A stretch of DNA of 64,000 nt from Orbicella franksi (Eukaryota), in contig OZ116710.1 of assembly GCA_964199315.1 (NCBI GenBank), positions 18,724,001-18,788,000 of the forward strand, in the 5' to 3' direction. Positions 62,321 through 64,000 of this stretch are shown here, in pieces. Position 1 is the first letter of the stretch; the number at the start of each line of letters is the position of its first letter. The notes beneath the pieces are model-generated. The model had not been told where the DNA came from. It worked only from the letters and a program-made list of their open reading frames with translations, and made no database searches. The translations under genes were made by a program, and so were the position numbers.

Positions 62321-62620
62321 CTGAAAAGGCAAATGCATGAAATGTTATGCCTTTGGCACTCACCACATACCTTTACATGATGTACAATGTACACCAAGTC
62401 ATGATCGACATTCACAATTCTTTTTACTTTCATTGTAACTTTTTTTGTAACTTTTTGCAGTGTCATTTTCCCTCACTAATGAAGACAGGACTTCTACATT
62501 AGGTGGTAATTCTCTATGAATTCACAGGGAGTGATAACAATTAAATGGTGACTAACTTTAGCAAAGGAGGCATTCAAATGTCAGATTTTAATGTTAAGTT
62601 CATAACTTTACATTTCTCTG

Positions 62621-62627
<7 letters not shown>

Positions 62628-62676
<49 letters not shown>

Positions 62677-62698
62677 TAGATAGATAGATAGATAGATA
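62628..62698. repeat. (TA)n(TAGA)n compound microsatellite fused to the end of the Penelope arm
   Basis: Direct reading. Confidence 0.95.
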
Positions 62699-62733
62699 AT
62701 AAACAATGGTAGCAAGACTTCAATTCATCGTTT

Positions 62734-62789
62734 TATTGCGACAACGCTGTTTCGTATGGTCAAAGGATGACCACACTCATCAGGCAATA
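62734..62789 (-). ncRNA. Type I hammerhead ribozyme, mirror copy on the - strand
   Basis: Exact reverse complement of 63887-63942. Confidence 0.88.
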
Positions 62790-63313
62790 TCAACGAATGA
62801 CCGTTAAATTACACAAGCTGGCAATTAAAAGCTAACTTTAGGTTGCTATGAGATATAAAAACAGTTGCTATGATATGGAAAAACAGATGCTATATAACAT
62901 TGAAAAATCTCGTGTTGCTAAAAGATTGCGTTACTTGCTCACAAAGTTCTTGAGTAGGTATCTGTTTCTGTGGGGGCACGCACTTGCTAGTTCGTTTCGC
63001 TTGTTCAAAGTACACAAACTCTTCTTACAGATGATCACGAATTTTTCAAAAAGACATAAATTACATTTGTTAGTAATGTTGCTATAAGGTCTGCACTGCT
63101 TAATGATTCTCCACTTGATGGTAAAAGGTTTGTTGTTGTCTTTGAGTGTCCAAATATGTTTAGATAGCTCAGTTTCGTTTCTCTTGTTTTGGTGTCGAAA
63201 GGATGCCGTGTGATTCCTGTAGCGCTCTTTAAAATTTGTGGCGAGGCCCACGTATGATTCTGATGACGTTTGTGTTGTGATTGTGGCTTGGTAAACTACA
63301 TTTTGTGTGAGGA

Positions 63314-63745
63314 AAAGAATGCAACTGCAGAAAAAAGGATCAATGCCCGCTGGACGGAAAATGCCTCACACAAAATGTAGTTTACCAAGCCACAATCACA
63401 ACACAAACGTCATCAGAATCATACGTGGGCCTCGCCACAAATTTTAAAGAGCGCTACAGGAATCACACGGCATCCTTTCGACACCAAAACAAGAGAAACG
63501 AAACTGAGCTATCTAAACATATTTGGACACTCAAAGACAACAACAAACCTTTTACCATCAAGTGGAGAATCATTAAGCAGTGCAGACCTTATAGCAACAT
63601 TACTAACAAATGTAATTTATGTCTTTTTGAAAAATTCGTGATCATCTGTAAGAAGAGTTTGTGTACTTTGAACAAGCGAAGCGAACTAGCAAGTGCGTGC
63701 CCCCACAGAAACAGATACCTACTCAAGAACTTTGTGAGCAAGTAA
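63314..63745 (+). pseudogene. 5'-truncated Penelope GIY-YIG endonuclease coding fragment (mirror copy 62931-63312 on -)
   Basis: KECNCRKKDQCPLDGKCLTQNVVYQATITTQTSSESYVGLATNFKERYRNH...ELSKHIW...CNLCLFEK...LNKRSEL; VVY...YVG is the GIY-YIG variant. No RT is present. Confidence 0.88.
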
Positions 63746-63886
63746 CGCAATCTTTTAGCAACACGAGATTTTTCAATGTTATATAGCATCTGTTTTTCCA
63801 TATCATAGCAACTGTTTTTATATCTCATAGCAACCTAAAGTTAGCTTTTAATTGCCAGCTTGTGTAATTTAACGGTCATTCGTTGA

Positions 63887-63942
63887 TATTGCCTGATGAG
63901 TGTGGTCATCCTTTGACCATACGAAACAGCGTTGTCGCAATA
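63887..63942 (+). ncRNA. Type I hammerhead ribozyme (predicted cleavage after GUC at 63936)
   Basis: Stem I tattgc/gcaata; CTGATGA 63893-63899; stem II gtgtggtca/tgaccatac with 5-nt loop; GAAA 63923-63926; short stem III ACA/TGT with GCGT loop; GTC triplet. Confidence 0.88.
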
Positions 63943-64000
63943 AAACGATGAATTGAAGTCTTGCTACCATTGTTTATTATCTACACTGCTCCTCTCAGAG

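Larger units (their letters stand above)
62693..63983. mobile_element. Penelope-like element 3' fragments in inverted (5'-to-5') arrangement: 620-bp arms, 51-bp spacer
   Basis: 62693-63312 is the reverse complement of 63364-63983 (one substitution seen, giving N/S in NKR[N/S]EL); encodes the GIY-YIG C-terminus and a hammerhead-containing 3' region. Confidence 0.92.

Noticed and set aside
62848-63828. ORFs MRYKNSCYDMEKQ... (62848 + and 63589 -)
   Set aside because: Antisense shadows of the Penelope arms.
1-64000. Functional 'system' linking TCF25, ZNFX1 and the dsRNA hairpin
   Set aside because: All touch RNA surveillance, but eukaryotic neighbourhood alone is weak evidence; nothing in the sequence shows co-regulation.

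Overview
AT-rich eukaryotic genomic DNA with spliceosomal introns. The repeat families suggest a cnidarian, probably a stony coral (inference). Host genes reconstructed by hand from GT-AG junctions: NAGLU exon 1 (- strand), head-to-head across 136 bp with a complete 23-exon TCF25/Rqc1 (679 aa); a complete 5-coding-exon ZNFX1 helicase/E3 ligase (1821 aa, - strand) with an RGG-rich first exon; an unrecognised two-exon 248-aa ORF convergent on ZNFX1; and three phase-consistent exons of an unidentified - strand gene near the right end. The mobile DNA is rich. It includes an apparently intact, very young Ngaro-type tyrosine-recombinase retrotransposon (A1-gag-RT/RH-YR-B1-A2-B2) whose reconstructed empty site closely resembles its own circle junction. 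It also includes a Penelope-like GIY-YIG fragment duplicated as a 620-bp-arm inverted repeat with one canonical hammerhead ribozyme on each strand. Several TAG...CTA elements have 9-bp target-site duplications, down to only 44 bp long. There are also Mutator-, Kolobok-, pogo- and Harbinger-like MITEs, tRNA-derived SINEs, a LINE 3' end, two structured tandem arrays and a 128-bp N gap. All coordinates were read by eye; no database searches were run, so TE superfamily labels are inferences from termini and TSD patterns.
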